Assembly (NCBI GenBank): GCA_038327915.1
Contig: JBBQLO010000002.1
Coordinates: 1 to 50,454 of the forward strand
Source of the DNA: Parcubacteria group bacterium
GTDB lineage: Bacteria > Patescibacteriota > Minisyncoccia > Phycocordibacterales > DATDWN01
Length of the DNA stretch: 50,454 bases
Reading direction: 5' to 3'
The notes beneath the pieces are model-generated. The model had not been told where the DNA came from. It searched no databases and saw only the letters and a program-made list of their open reading frames with translations. Each line of letters begins with the position of its first letter. Within the stretch, counting starts at the first letter, position 1. The translations under genes and the position numbers were made by a program. Below are positions 1 to 8,133 of this stretch, piece by piece.

Positions 1-71
1 ATCTCGGAACCTGCCCAATACATTTTTTCAATACAAAATCGTTCTTCGAAATTTAAATGATGATATTTCAT
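1..71 (-). CDS. First 23 codons of a CDS running off the window; N-terminus resembles the HTH leader of IS30-family transposases
   Basis: Minus-strand ATG at 71 gives MKYHHLNFEERFCIEKMYWAGSE. The H-L-x-x-E-E-R-x-x-I-E pattern is typical of IS30-type transposase N-termini. Only 23 aa are visible, so the call is weak. Confidence 0.3.
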   Translation of the reverse strand, partial: MKYHHLNFEERFCIEKMYWAGSE

Positions 72-492
72 ATGACAAATTAAAATTAATTTTGCTAATA
101 CTTTAATTCTAACTGTCCTACTTCAAAGGTGTCGAGAGGTAACCGAAATTCTCTAGTGGACTTCGTATGTGTACATTCCTATGAGCGCATTGATTTGCTG
201 TATTTACCACGTACTCTTCTCAAAGAAGATGGAACGTGGACACACTGTCCTTTCGTAAACATGTATTTTATTTGACTCGTCGCTTCGGTTTCGTACCGAT
301 GCAACTCTTTTATAATACCCAGAAGACTTCTGCACTTATCTGATAACCTTTTCACTTCCCGTTCGAGAAAATATTGAACTTTGTACATTGGAAAAATTTG
401 ATGCAAAAGTATTTTTTAATTTCTATCAAAAAATTAATCTAACATCTTTACCCTTTACTTTTGTTTATAGGACAGAAAATATTAAAGATTAC

Positions 493-1800
493 CTATAGTG
501 CTTCTCCCAACATTGGTATTCCAAGATGTTTTCTTTTTGTTTCCCCCTTGAATAAATTCTGAACCCTTTCTATATTATCACTTCGCCCCCCTGCGTGTGT
601 TTTGGTGGTGATTGCCATGAAACTAGAACCGAGAAAGACAGTATGTTTGCCAAACTTTTTTGACAGTTTATCCACAAAATCATAGATAACTCTCGTGTTC
701 TCAATTGAGACTGATTCTTCAAAAAGGTCCTGCTGAACTACTGTATTTTCTCTTAATTTTCCAAGTACAATGCCTGTAGCTCTGTAGAGCGTATTCGTTT
801 TGTAGACTACATCAAAAACATCTGCTATTGCGCGAACTATCTCTCCTGGCACAGATACTCCTTGCGATAATTTTATTTCAAGTCCACTATAATTAAAACC
901 TTGAGTTTTAAGAAAAAAATATATTTCTGGTGTGACAAGATTATGTCTTCGAGCTTTGATACACGCACTCTCAATATTTTTTGATAACTGAGAAAAGATA
1001 AAGGCTCGGTCTGTAGATGGCGGAGTAAATGTTTTAGTCTTACTAATAGATTGATAGTCATGCTTAATCTCCAAATTTAATTCAAATACCACTTGCCCTC
1101 TAAGTTCTTTCCATGTTTCAACATACGGTTTTGAGAGATATTTAGTAACCCATACCTGTTCTTTACACACAAAGTCATGTGCAGTCTTTACTCCATATTT
1201 TTGAAGCAGTGCAGAGGTTTGAGGACCAATACCCCAAATTTTTCCAATTGACACCTCCGCAAGATACTGATTGGCTAATTTTAATGGTATGAACGTCAAT
1301 CCATTTGGTTTTTTCCATTTTGAGGCTAATTTTGCCAACACTTTTGTCGGAGCTAGACCAATAGAGAAAGTCATTCCTAATTCTGTATCCAAATCATGTT
1401 TAATCTTCTCTGCAATTTTTTCATATGACATACGAAGTGTACGACGAAGTCCTGTGAGGTCAGCAAAGCATTCATCAATACTGTACTCGTCTACATCAGG
1501 TGTATATCGTCTCACAATGGCATACATTCGCTGGGAATAAAGACTGTATGTTTCATAATCTGAAGAGAGAATGATTGCATCAGGACAGACTTTCTTGATT
1601 TCAGATAATCTCATGCCTCGAGTCACACCTTGGGCTTTAGCTTCATATGTCATAGCAGACGCAATACCCCTTTCTTTACCTGTTACCACAGGCTTACCTC
1701 GTAGTGCTGGATTCTTAGCTACCTCGCATGAGGCAAAGAAGGAGTCACCGTCAATGTGAAGTATTGCTCGTGGATATGAACGAAGAGAGAAAGAGTGCAT
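493..1800 (-). CDS. dinB: Y-family DNA polymerase (Pol IV / DinB-UmuC-like translesion polymerase)
   Basis: 435-aa ORF with the two acidic catalytic motifs of Y-family polymerases, ILHIDGDSFFASCE and SIDECFADLTG, and full-length little-finger-sized C-terminus. Starts 11 nt downstream of lexA on the same strand. Confidence 0.92.
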   Translation of the reverse strand: MHSFSLRSYPRAILHIDGDSFFASCEVAKNPALRGKPVVTGKERGIASAMTYEAKAQGVTRGMRLSEIKKVCPDAIILSSDYETYSLYSQRMYAIVRRYTPDVDEYSIDECFADLTGLRRTLRMSYEKIAEKIKHDLDTELGMTFSIGLAPTKVLAKLASKWKKPNGLTFIPLKLANQYLAEVSIGKIWGIGPQTSALLQKYGVKTAHDFVCKEQVWVTKYLSKPYVETWKELRGQVVFELNLEIKHDYQSISKTKTFTPPSTDRAFIFSQLSKNIESACIKARRHNLVTPEIYFFLKTQGFNYSGLEIKLSQGVSVPGEIVRAIADVFDVVYKTNTLYRATGIVLGKLRENTVVQQDLFEESVSIENTRVIYDFVDKLSKKFGKHTVFLGSSFMAITTKTHAGGRSDNIERVQNLFKGETKRKHLGIPMLGEAL

Positions 1801-1811
1801 ATTTCTTGAGA

Positions 1812-2378
1812 CTAATATTTACGAACTACCGCTTTAACTACTGCTGCTATTTTTAATTCCTGTGTCGGGTAAATCCGTCCATAATTTTTATTGGCTGGTT
1901 CGAGGAATACTTTTCCTTTTTCTTTTCTAAAATATTTAATAGTCCACTGTCCATCAATTTCAGCAATAACAATACTCCCGTCTTTATATTTATCCGTCCG
2001 CTCAACAATAACCATATCGCCGTCGTGAATACCTGCGTCGATCATCGAATCCCCTTTTACTCGTAAAATATACGTTGCTTCCTTATTTTCAATCAAATAC
2101 TCGTCCATACTCATGGTGTCTGACAACTCTTCTTCTGCTGGAGAAGGAAACCCTGCTTCAACTAAGCCGAGTACTCTCGCGTGACCCAACTGCCGAGGAA
2201 TGAGTCGACCTTTTTTGTCTTTCGAAACAACACCTTCTTCGATCATTTTATCCAATGCATATGACACGGCACTTTTGGTTTTGTATCCAGAAAGTTTTGC
2301 AAGCTCGCTAAAAGATGGCATTCGGTGGTGAGAGTTGTGAAAAGAGATGATAGTTTGTTTGAGTGTTTCCATGACCAC
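1812..2378 (-). CDS. lexA: LexA repressor (S24 peptidase), paralog 1
   Basis: N-terminal winged-HTH followed by an Ala-Gly cleavage site (VEA/GFP), catalytic Ser in GDSMIDAG and Lys in TIKYF. The ORF track starts at GTG 2378. ATG at 2372 (METLKQ...) is the more likely start. Confidence 0.9.
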   Translation of the reverse strand: MVMETLKQTIISFHNSHHRMPSFSELAKLSGYKTKSAVSYALDKMIEEGVVSKDKKGRLIPRQLGHARVLGLVEAGFPSPAEEELSDTMSMDEYLIENKEATYILRVKGDSMIDAGIHDGDMVIVERTDKYKDGSIVIAEIDGQWTIKYFRKEKGKVFLEPANKNYGRIYPTQELKIAAVVKAVVRKY

Positions 2379-2408
2379 AGTATATTAGAACGAGCGTTCT
2401 AAAGTCAA
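2379..2408 (-). promoter_or_regulatory. Sigma-70-type promoter of lexA-dinB with the operator in the spacer
   Basis: Minus strand reads TTGACT-N18-TATACT (-35 at 2403-2408, -10 at 2379-2384). The 18-nt spacer is the SOS box. The A of ATG 2372 is 7 nt downstream of the -10, implying a leaderless mRNA. Confidence 0.5.
2386..2401. promoter_or_regulatory. SOS box / LexA operator (Cheo-type GAAC-N4-GTTC)
   Basis: Palindrome TAGAACGAGCGTTCTA with core GAACGAGCGTTC at 2388-2399. Matches the Gram-positive LexA operator consensus and lies just upstream of lexA. Confidence 0.75.
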
Positions 2409-2859
2409 GAGGGGGTGAGAGGTGGGTTAATCAAATGTGGGTAGTTTGTCGCTATGGTGAACAACAAACAAAGTTGGTATTTATTGATATATAATGTATC
2501 CTACTGCATCAGGAGTTCATACAAATATGTCAAAATATTCTCGGTCGGGTGGAAAGTTTAAAGGCAACCACACGACCTTAATTCCCGCCGCAACCATTGT
2601 CTGAGATATTGCAAATACTTGTCCACGTGTTACCAATATTTCCCCTGGATTTATAAAAGCTGGTCTTTGTTCCATTAGTGGACGACGAAGAGTAAAAATC
2701 ACAGGGAAAGATGGTGCAATTATCCTCTCAATTAGAGACAATGTATCTCACCAAGAAGTATTCGTGTATATCACCGAAATGCATAAATCAAAACTTGCAA
2801 TTGCTCGTGGGTCACGAAATGCTAATCTTAACGTTGCGTTCAGTAAAGGATAACAATAT

Positions 2860-2902
2860 CGCTCGCTAGAAGCCATTGCTTCTAGCGAGCGGTTTCTGTT
2901 TT
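2860..2902 (+). terminator. Rho-independent terminator
   Basis: Perfect 14-bp stem CGCTCGCTAGAAGC / GCTTCTAGCGAGCG with loop CATT, followed by GTTTCTGTTTT. Confidence 0.6.
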
Positions 2903-2927
2903 AAAAAAATTAACAAACTCATTTCAA

Positions 2928-2965
2928 ACTTAACAAAAGGCGGTCGCGAGAAACTCGCGACCGCC
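2928..2965 (-). terminator. Rho-independent terminator downstream of the 3075-3524 gene
   Basis: Perfect 12-bp GC-rich stem GGCGGTCGCGAG / CTCGCGACCGCC with loop AAA. On the minus strand it is followed by TTTTGTT. Confidence 0.6.
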
Positions 2966-3074
2966 TGTACCACAGTCTATCTCGTTTGCAGGAAGATTCT
3001 CAGATCATCTTGATGAACTACAAGATTCTTATGCTTCCGAGTAAGCTCCGGATTGTATTCTTCCCAATTCCTGT

Positions 3075-3524
3075 TTACTTCTTATTAAATTTTTGACGTT
3101 GAATTTGTTGACTAATAGAATTTTGGGACCGCCCTGGAAAGTGTCCGTTTGAAACTGCTTTTTTCGCAGTGTACCCTACACAGACTAGGTAATTGAGAAA
3201 TTTTATTTCTTTCATCGTCCATAGTTTTTGTAGATGCAGTTTCGGTTTCCATATACCACACTTAATCGCTTTCTGTCTTATGGCCGAAGGTGAGCGACCT
3301 GGTATTGTAATATTTTTTGGTGTGTTACCTTTTTTGATCATTTGTTTTAACAAAAAAAGTTCTTTTCGTTTCCAAACAACAAAACAAAAACTCATTTTGT
3401 ACGTTTGATACCTAATAGCGTAAAAAGTTCTACCTTCAATGTGCACTTGACCAATGGATTTTCCTTTCTTTATCTGGATGCGAAGTCTTTTTTTTTCAAT
3501 TTCTGTCCAGCGTATTTTTGACAT
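3075..3524 (-). CDS. Small basic protein with three tandem Myb/SANT-like repeats (putative DNA-binding)
   Basis: Three ~45-aa repeats fit W-x3-E-x3-L...G...(P)GR(T/S)-x2-(A/S)-I: IRWTEIEKKRL..EGRTFYAIRYQ, VVWKRKELFLL..PGRSPSAIRQK, KLWTMKEIKFL..PGRSQNSISQQ. I place the start at ATG 3524 (MSKIRW), preceded by GGAG 8 nt upstream. The ORF track extends to 3611. Confidence 0.55.
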   Translation of the reverse strand: MSKIRWTEIEKKRLRIQIKKGKSIGQVHIEGRTFYAIRYQTYKMSFCFVVWKRKELFLLKQMIKKGNTPKNITIPGRSPSAIRQKAIKCGIWKPKLHLQKLWTMKEIKFLNYLVCVGYTAKKAVSNGHFPGRSQNSISQQIQRQKFNKK

Positions 3525-3722
3525 TATTTCTCCATTTCTAAGCTTGAATGTACAATAACGAAAATTTAATTGCAAGACGTTCTTGGTAGAAAAAAGGACT
3601 TTTTCTGGCACAAAAAATCATGCAATTATTTTTCGCAAGAGAGTTTTTTTAAATTTCATTTATTAAAATTATAGAACGCAAACGCTTGATTATTTGCATT
3701 CCTACTTAAAATCTGTGTTCTT

Positions 3723-4070
3723 GTGGCCAGACGCGATATACTTCAATATCGTAAAAAGGATAAAAACTTGAGCAAAATACGAATAACTGAAATTACCGAT
3801 GATTCTATTACCATTGCTATCACAATCAGTGGTTTGTGTGGACATTACTTTGCTTCTAATACATATGCCGTACAAGCAGAAAAGTTAATGTCGTACGGCC
3901 TTATCTGCTTGCGCTCACAGCGTAATTATCGTGGAGAATTCTGGGAACAGTGGTATCTTAGTCGATTATGGGCAGCGCAAGGAGATCTCAAGGACGCCGT
4001 GGCTTCGAGAGAAGATGTTGATCCATATTCCTTTCAAGAATCCCAACTTGACAGGGCACTTTTTTTTTAA
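3723..4070 (+). CDS. Hypothetical protein (GTG start); frame ends inside a T9 homopolymer
   Basis: 115-aa ORF with no recognisable motif. Its stop TAA at 4068-4070 is formed by the end of a T9 run (4060-4068). Confidence 0.35.
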   Translation: MARRDILQYRKKDKNLSKIRITEITDDSITIAITISGLCGHYFASNTYAVQAEKLMSYGLICLRSQRNYRGEFWEQWYLSRLWAAQGDLKDAVASREDVDPYSFQESQLDRALFF

Positions 4071-4142
4071 AACAGTCTGTCAGTTTTGGTTCACTCGATG
4101 TGACTGTACAACGATTAGCGATGGTAGTGGATAACTGACTCA

Positions 4143-4181
4143 ATGGCCCTCTCACATTATTGCGGGAGGGCCATTTCTTTT
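4143..4181 (+). terminator. Rho-independent terminator
   Basis: Stem ATGGCCCTC / GAGGGCCAT followed by TTCTTTT. Confidence 0.55.
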
Positions 4182-4240
4182 GCCAATTTTCTTTCTAAAA
4201 CCGTCCGGTCATAAATGAGTTAGTTGATTAGATGTATTTA

Positions 4241-4278
4241 TACAAACAAAGCTCTGATTTCTCAGAGCTTTGTTTGTA
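4241..4278. terminator. Long perfect hairpin just 3' of the fasciclin gene
   Basis: 17-bp stem TACAAACAAAGCTCTGA / TCAGAGCTTTGTTTGTA with loop TTTC, 18 nt beyond the stop at 4296. No clear U-tract on either strand. Confidence 0.45.
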
Positions 4279-4295
4279 TAATGTAGTTTATAAAA

Positions 4296-4697
4296 CTACA
4301 TTGGCATAAGAACAGTGTCGATAACATGTATTACACCATTTGAGCATTCAATATCTGCAGTTATAACTTTAGCGTCGTTGATCATTACTCCATTTGAAGA
4401 ATCAATTTTAACATCAGTACCTTGTAATGTCATCGCTGAGTGCATTCCCACAACATCTGCTGCCATAACCTTTCCAGCAACTACGTGGTAAGTAAGTATT
4501 GCTGTCAGTTTTTCTTTGTCAGCAAGTACCGCTTCTAAAGTTTCAGCAGGAATTTTTGCAAAAGCTTCGTCTGTTGGAGCGAATACCGTAAAAGGTCCAG
4601 CTCCTGAGAGAGTTTCAATAAGTCCTGCTGCTGTTAAAGCTGCTGCTAAAGTTTTAAAATTTCCTGCATCAACTGCTGTTTCAATTATGTTTTTCAT
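4296..4697 (-). CDS. Single-domain fasciclin (FAS1) protein with no N-terminal signal peptide
   Basis: Hallmark FAS1 motifs: [13 protein letters not shown] (H1), TYHVV, and [11 protein letters not shown] (H2). Confidence 0.9.
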   Translation of the reverse strand: MKNIIETAVDAGNFKTLAAALTAAGLIETLSGAGPFTVFAPTDEAFAKIPAETLEAVLADKEKLTAILTYHVVAGKVMAADVVGMHSAMTLQGTDVKIDSSNGVMINDAKVITADIECSNGVIHVIDTVLMPM

Positions 4698-4868
4698 ATA
4701 TTTAATTTTTTATTTAATAAAATTCTAGTAATTTAAGGGAACACTTTTGACTATATCATAAATTTTTAAAAGGAACACTCTTTTTGTTGCAAAAGGACAA
4801 GACGTATTAATAATAAATTCATAAAGTTAACAAATTTGTAAAAAACAATACAATCTAACAGCTAAATA

Positions 4869-6284
4869 TCATAAACTTTGCAAAAATCCTTCTGCTACTT
4901 TTTTAAAATTCAATTTCTTTTCCTCATTCATTTTTTTATATTGGACGTCGATAAAACCAAGTCTTCCTTCTTTGGATAATTTGTCATAATGATTTCCTAC
5001 AAAATTCCAAAACAAAGCATCCCAAATTTTGTCCCAAGATTTTATATCATCCTTCTTTCCTTTTTTAAAATCTGACATTTTTAAAACATATGCTGATCCA
5101 GAAATATATGGTTTACTCGTTATCATGCCACCATCTGCATAGAGTGCCATACTATAAACATTTGGTACCATGACCCAGTCATAAGAATCTATATACATCT
5201 CCATAAACCATCTATAAACTTGATCAGGCTGAAAACCGCAAAGATTCATAAAATTTCCTATTATCATAAGCCTTGGAATATGGTGCGAGTAGGCTGAGCT
5301 AATTAATTTAATAACTGTGTTGTCAATAGGCAAAATTCCTGTGTCTCCAGTCCAAAATGTATATGGTATTTGCTTTTGGGCATTAAAATAATTTTGAGTG
5401 CGAATTTCTTTCCCAAGTTTAACATACACGAGTCTCATGTACTCTCGCCAGCCTATTATTTGCCTTAGAAATCCCTCAAGTGAATTTAGTGGCACATCAT
5501 GATTTTCTGCAAATTTCAGAGTTTCTTCTACCACATATTTTGGTGTCAGTAAGCCTATATTCAAATATGGAGTAAGCACAGAGTGGAATAAAATATTTTC
5601 TTTTTCCAGTACCGCATCTTCGTATGGCCCAAAGCTAATCAGTTTATTTTTTAAAAAGAATTGGACGCATTTTTTTGCATCCTTAAAATTTGTAGCATAC
5701 TGAAAATTATCACTGAAAATAATTTCTTTAGGAATTTCAATATTTTTTGGAATTTTTTTCCTATTATCTTCATCAAAACTCCATTTTCCACCAACAGGTT
5801 TACCACTTTCATCTATTAAAATATTTAGTTTTTTACGTTGCCACTCATAAAAATTTCTCATAAAAAATATTTTTTTATGAGTTTTTTGTACTTTAATATA
5901 CATTTCTATTTCACCATTTGTAGTTAAAAACATCGGTGTTTCTAATGTTTCGATTAAAATTTTATTTTCACTACAAATTTTATTAATTTTTTTCTCTAAA
6001 TAATCATCAACTAAGTCAAATACAAAAAAAATATTGATTTTATTTTTATTTAAAATTTCTTCTAGGCTTTCTACGATTTTGACTTTATAGTTTTGCTCTT
6101 CTAAATAGGTCTTATAGAACGCAAGAGTTTTTGTATGTAGGGCAATTTTTAATTTGTGAAAGTTATATTTTTTAAAATACAGTTCGTCTTTTACTAAAAA
6201 TACAGAGTCTGTGTGTTTGTTTATTTTTTTCAACAACTCATTGTCCTCAAAAAGTTGATGTGGATATACTAGGACTACTTTCAT
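4869..6284 (-). CDS. Cryptochrome/photolyase-family protein of the photolyase-related (DPRP / FeS-BCP, PhrB-CryB-like) group
   Basis: 471 aa. C-terminal half HHIPRLMIIGNFMNL...WFMEMYIDSYDWVMVPNVYSMALYADGG..SKPYISGSAYVLKMSD is characteristic of this family. Confidence 0.85.
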   Translation of the reverse strand: MKVVLVYPHQLFEDNELLKKINKHTDSVFLVKDELYFKKYNFHKLKIALHTKTLAFYKTYLEEQNYKVKIVESLEEILNKNKINIFFVFDLVDDYLEKKINKICSENKILIETLETPMFLTTNGEIEMYIKVQKTHKKIFFMRNFYEWQRKKLNILIDESGKPVGGKWSFDEDNRKKIPKNIEIPKEIIFSDNFQYATNFKDAKKCVQFFLKNKLISFGPYEDAVLEKENILFHSVLTPYLNIGLLTPKYVVEETLKFAENHDVPLNSLEGFLRQIIGWREYMRLVYVKLGKEIRTQNYFNAQKQIPYTFWTGDTGILPIDNTVIKLISSAYSHHIPRLMIIGNFMNLCGFQPDQVYRWFMEMYIDSYDWVMVPNVYSMALYADGGMITSKPYISGSAYVLKMSDFKKGKKDDIKSWDKIWDALFWNFVGNHYDKLSKEGRLGFIDVQYKKMNEEKKLNFKKVAEGFLQSL

Positions 6285-6295
6285 TTTTTTAAAAG

Positions 6296-6484
6296 TTAAC
6301 TAATTATTTTGAAATTTTGCTGTTTTTCTTGCGCTGACGTTCTTGATCTAATTTTACCACAGTGTTTACTACAGTATTTAATATTTTCCCATAGATTTCG
6401 GCTATTCCATTTTTTTCTGTTATGAAACTGTCTTTTGCATGTCACACAAATTTTAGTTTGTTGTTTTAAATTTACTTTTTTCAA
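6296..6484 (-). CDS. DUF2256-type zinc-ribbon mini-protein
   Basis: CVTCKRQFHNRKKW...W..IKYCSKHC fits the C-x2-C...RKKW...YCS-x2-C pattern of DUF2256 as I recall it. Confidence 0.75.
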   Translation of the reverse strand: MKKVNLKQQTKICVTCKRQFHNRKKWNSRNLWENIKYCSKHCGKIRSRTSAQEKQQNFKIIS

Positions 6485-6520
6485 TGGGCTTAGTATAGCA
6501 AAATATGCTAAAATGCAGAA

Positions 6521-8038
6521 ATGAAGAAAAAGATAAATATTTATTGGGCAAGGCGCGATTTTCGGTTAACTGACAACCCTGCGCTTTACAATGCCGTAGA
6601 AAAAAGTAAGAAAGACGATTCTTATTTTTTGCCTATATTTATTTTAGAGGACTATATGCTGAAGAAAAACCAAACGTACGAATTTGGCTTTCCATCGCGC
6701 TACTTTCTGGCAAAAGCTTTGCCCGAGTTTGCACAAAATTTCTCAAGTTTTTTGCTTGTCAAATCTAAAGCGGCACAAGCTTTTGTTAATCTAGAAAAGC
6801 AGCTGCGAGCAGATTTTGAAATAAAAATATTTGTTAATGAAGATATTTATATAGACTTTTATAAGCAGGTTAAAAAACTAGAAAATCACAACATAGAAAT
6901 AGAAGTTTTTAGTGATCAGTTGACTATAAATAAGGAAACCCGAAGTGCTGTTGGTAAACACTATTCTATTTTTACGCCATTTAAAAAAGCTGTGTGGAAG
7001 GAGTTTTTGAATGCCCCCACCTTACCCAATATTAATTTTGAAAAAGTTACATATTTTGATATAAACATATTAAATAAAGATTGGAAGGAAAAAATAATCA
7101 TACATAAATTTGAAAATATTTTAGCGGAATTCTCTCAAAACAGAAAGTTTGAAGCTGGTGGAAAGATTTATGATGTTGACGAAATGTTCAGTTTTAAACC
7201 AGATCTCAGTGATTGGTATTTTTGCGAAGCTAATGCATTGAAACATTTTAAAAAATACCTAAAAAATAGTCTAGTTAACTATAAGGAAAAAAGAGATAGT
7301 TTGAGTGAAGACGGTACATCAAAAATATCACTTGCTCTTGCTTGGGGATTGGTATCTGCGCGCACATTAAAAAATGAAATTCAAGAATATTTTGGTCAAA
7401 ATTTTTTAGAATTAGGCGACACTAAAGAAATTTCTAACCTGTATATAGGCCCTTCACATTACATCTCTGAGCTCATATGGCGAGAGTTTTACAAATATCT
7501 TTTATTTCACAATCCCCTACTTATTCAGGAAGAGTTTCAAATGAAGTTTATAGGGACAATAAAATGGGCGGAAAGTAAAATCGCCGAGGATAGATTTGTT
7601 GCTTGGATAAAAGGTGAAACTGGGTACAAAATAGTGGATGCTGCAATGATGCAACTAGCTAAAACTGGCTGGATGCACAACAGAGCCCGCATGATAGTTG
7701 CAAGTGTTCTCACTAAAAATTTAGGGGTTGACTGGAAATGGGGGCAGGAATATTTTCGCGCCATGCTGATAGACTTAGATGAAGCATCGAACAATGGCGG
7801 ATGGCAATGGGGTGCGAGTGTAGGTGCAGATCCAAAACCAATAAGAATTTTTAATCCTTATTTACAAGCCGAAAACTACGACAAAGAAAATATTTACCAA
7901 AAAAAGTGGTTGGGCGAAGATAAATTTCTTTTTGGGCCCGAGCCTCTTATACCTCACAAAGATGCACGTGAAGATGCACTCAAAAGATACGGGCTAGACG
8001 GAAAAAAGATGGTTCGCCGAGAGATTATTGATAATTGA
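6521..8038 (+). CDS. phr: Deoxyribodipyrimidine photolyase (class I CPD photolyase / DASH-like)
   Basis: 505 aa. N-terminal WARRDFRLTDNPAL. FAD-binding region TGYKIVDAAMMQL..TGWMHNRARMIVASVL and DLDEASNNGGWQWGAS. Confidence 0.92.
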   Translation: MKKKINIYWARRDFRLTDNPALYNAVEKSKKDDSYFLPIFILEDYMLKKNQTYEFGFPSRYFLAKALPEFAQNFSSFLLVKSKAAQAFVNLEKQLRADFEIKIFVNEDIYIDFYKQVKKLENHNIEIEVFSDQLTINKETRSAVGKHYSIFTPFKKAVWKEFLNAPTLPNINFEKVTYFDINILNKDWKEKIIIHKFENILAEFSQNRKFEAGGKIYDVDEMFSFKPDLSDWYFCEANALKHFKKYLKNSLVNYKEKRDSLSEDGTSKISLALAWGLVSARTLKNEIQEYFGQNFLELGDTKEISNLYIGPSHYISELIWREFYKYLLFHNPLLIQEEFQMKFIGTIKWAESKIAEDRFVAWIKGETGYKIVDAAMMQLAKTGWMHNRARMIVASVLTKNLGVDWKWGQEYFRAMLIDLDEASNNGGWQWGASVGADPKPIRIFNPYLQAENYDKENIYQKKWLGEDKFLFGPEPLIPHKDAREDALKRYGLDGKKMVRREIIDN

Positions 8039-8133
8039 GAGTCTATTTGGTATTTATTCGAGAAATACCCTATAGACCCTGCTGCGAGGTATTGACGACA
8101 CGACAGTTTTTATTCGTTTTGAGCGGTATCTTC

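Noticed and set aside
179-406. 75-aa minus-strand ORF (TTG start; ATG at 388 gives 69 aa)
   Set aside because: It has no ribosome-binding site and no motif, and lies in a spacer next to a possible IS element. I did not call it.
2409-2872. ORF 2517-2741 (-, TTG start) and two tiny plus-strand ORFs: a 24-aa ORF starting at the ATG at 2526-2528 (preceded by AGGAG) and a 43-aa ORF at 2741-2872 running into the terminator stem
   Set aside because: All are short and lack motifs, and they are mutually incompatible. Something is probably transcribed on the plus strand, given TATAAT near 2488 and the strong terminator at 2860, but I cannot say what.
8041-8077. Long interrupted hairpin (GTCTAT..GGTATTT-ATTCGAG-AAATACC..ATAGAC) between the convergent phr and hxlR genes as a terminator
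   Set aside because: It is a plausible bidirectional terminator, but it is AT-rich, has an internal bulge and has no U-tract on either side. I kept it only as a note.
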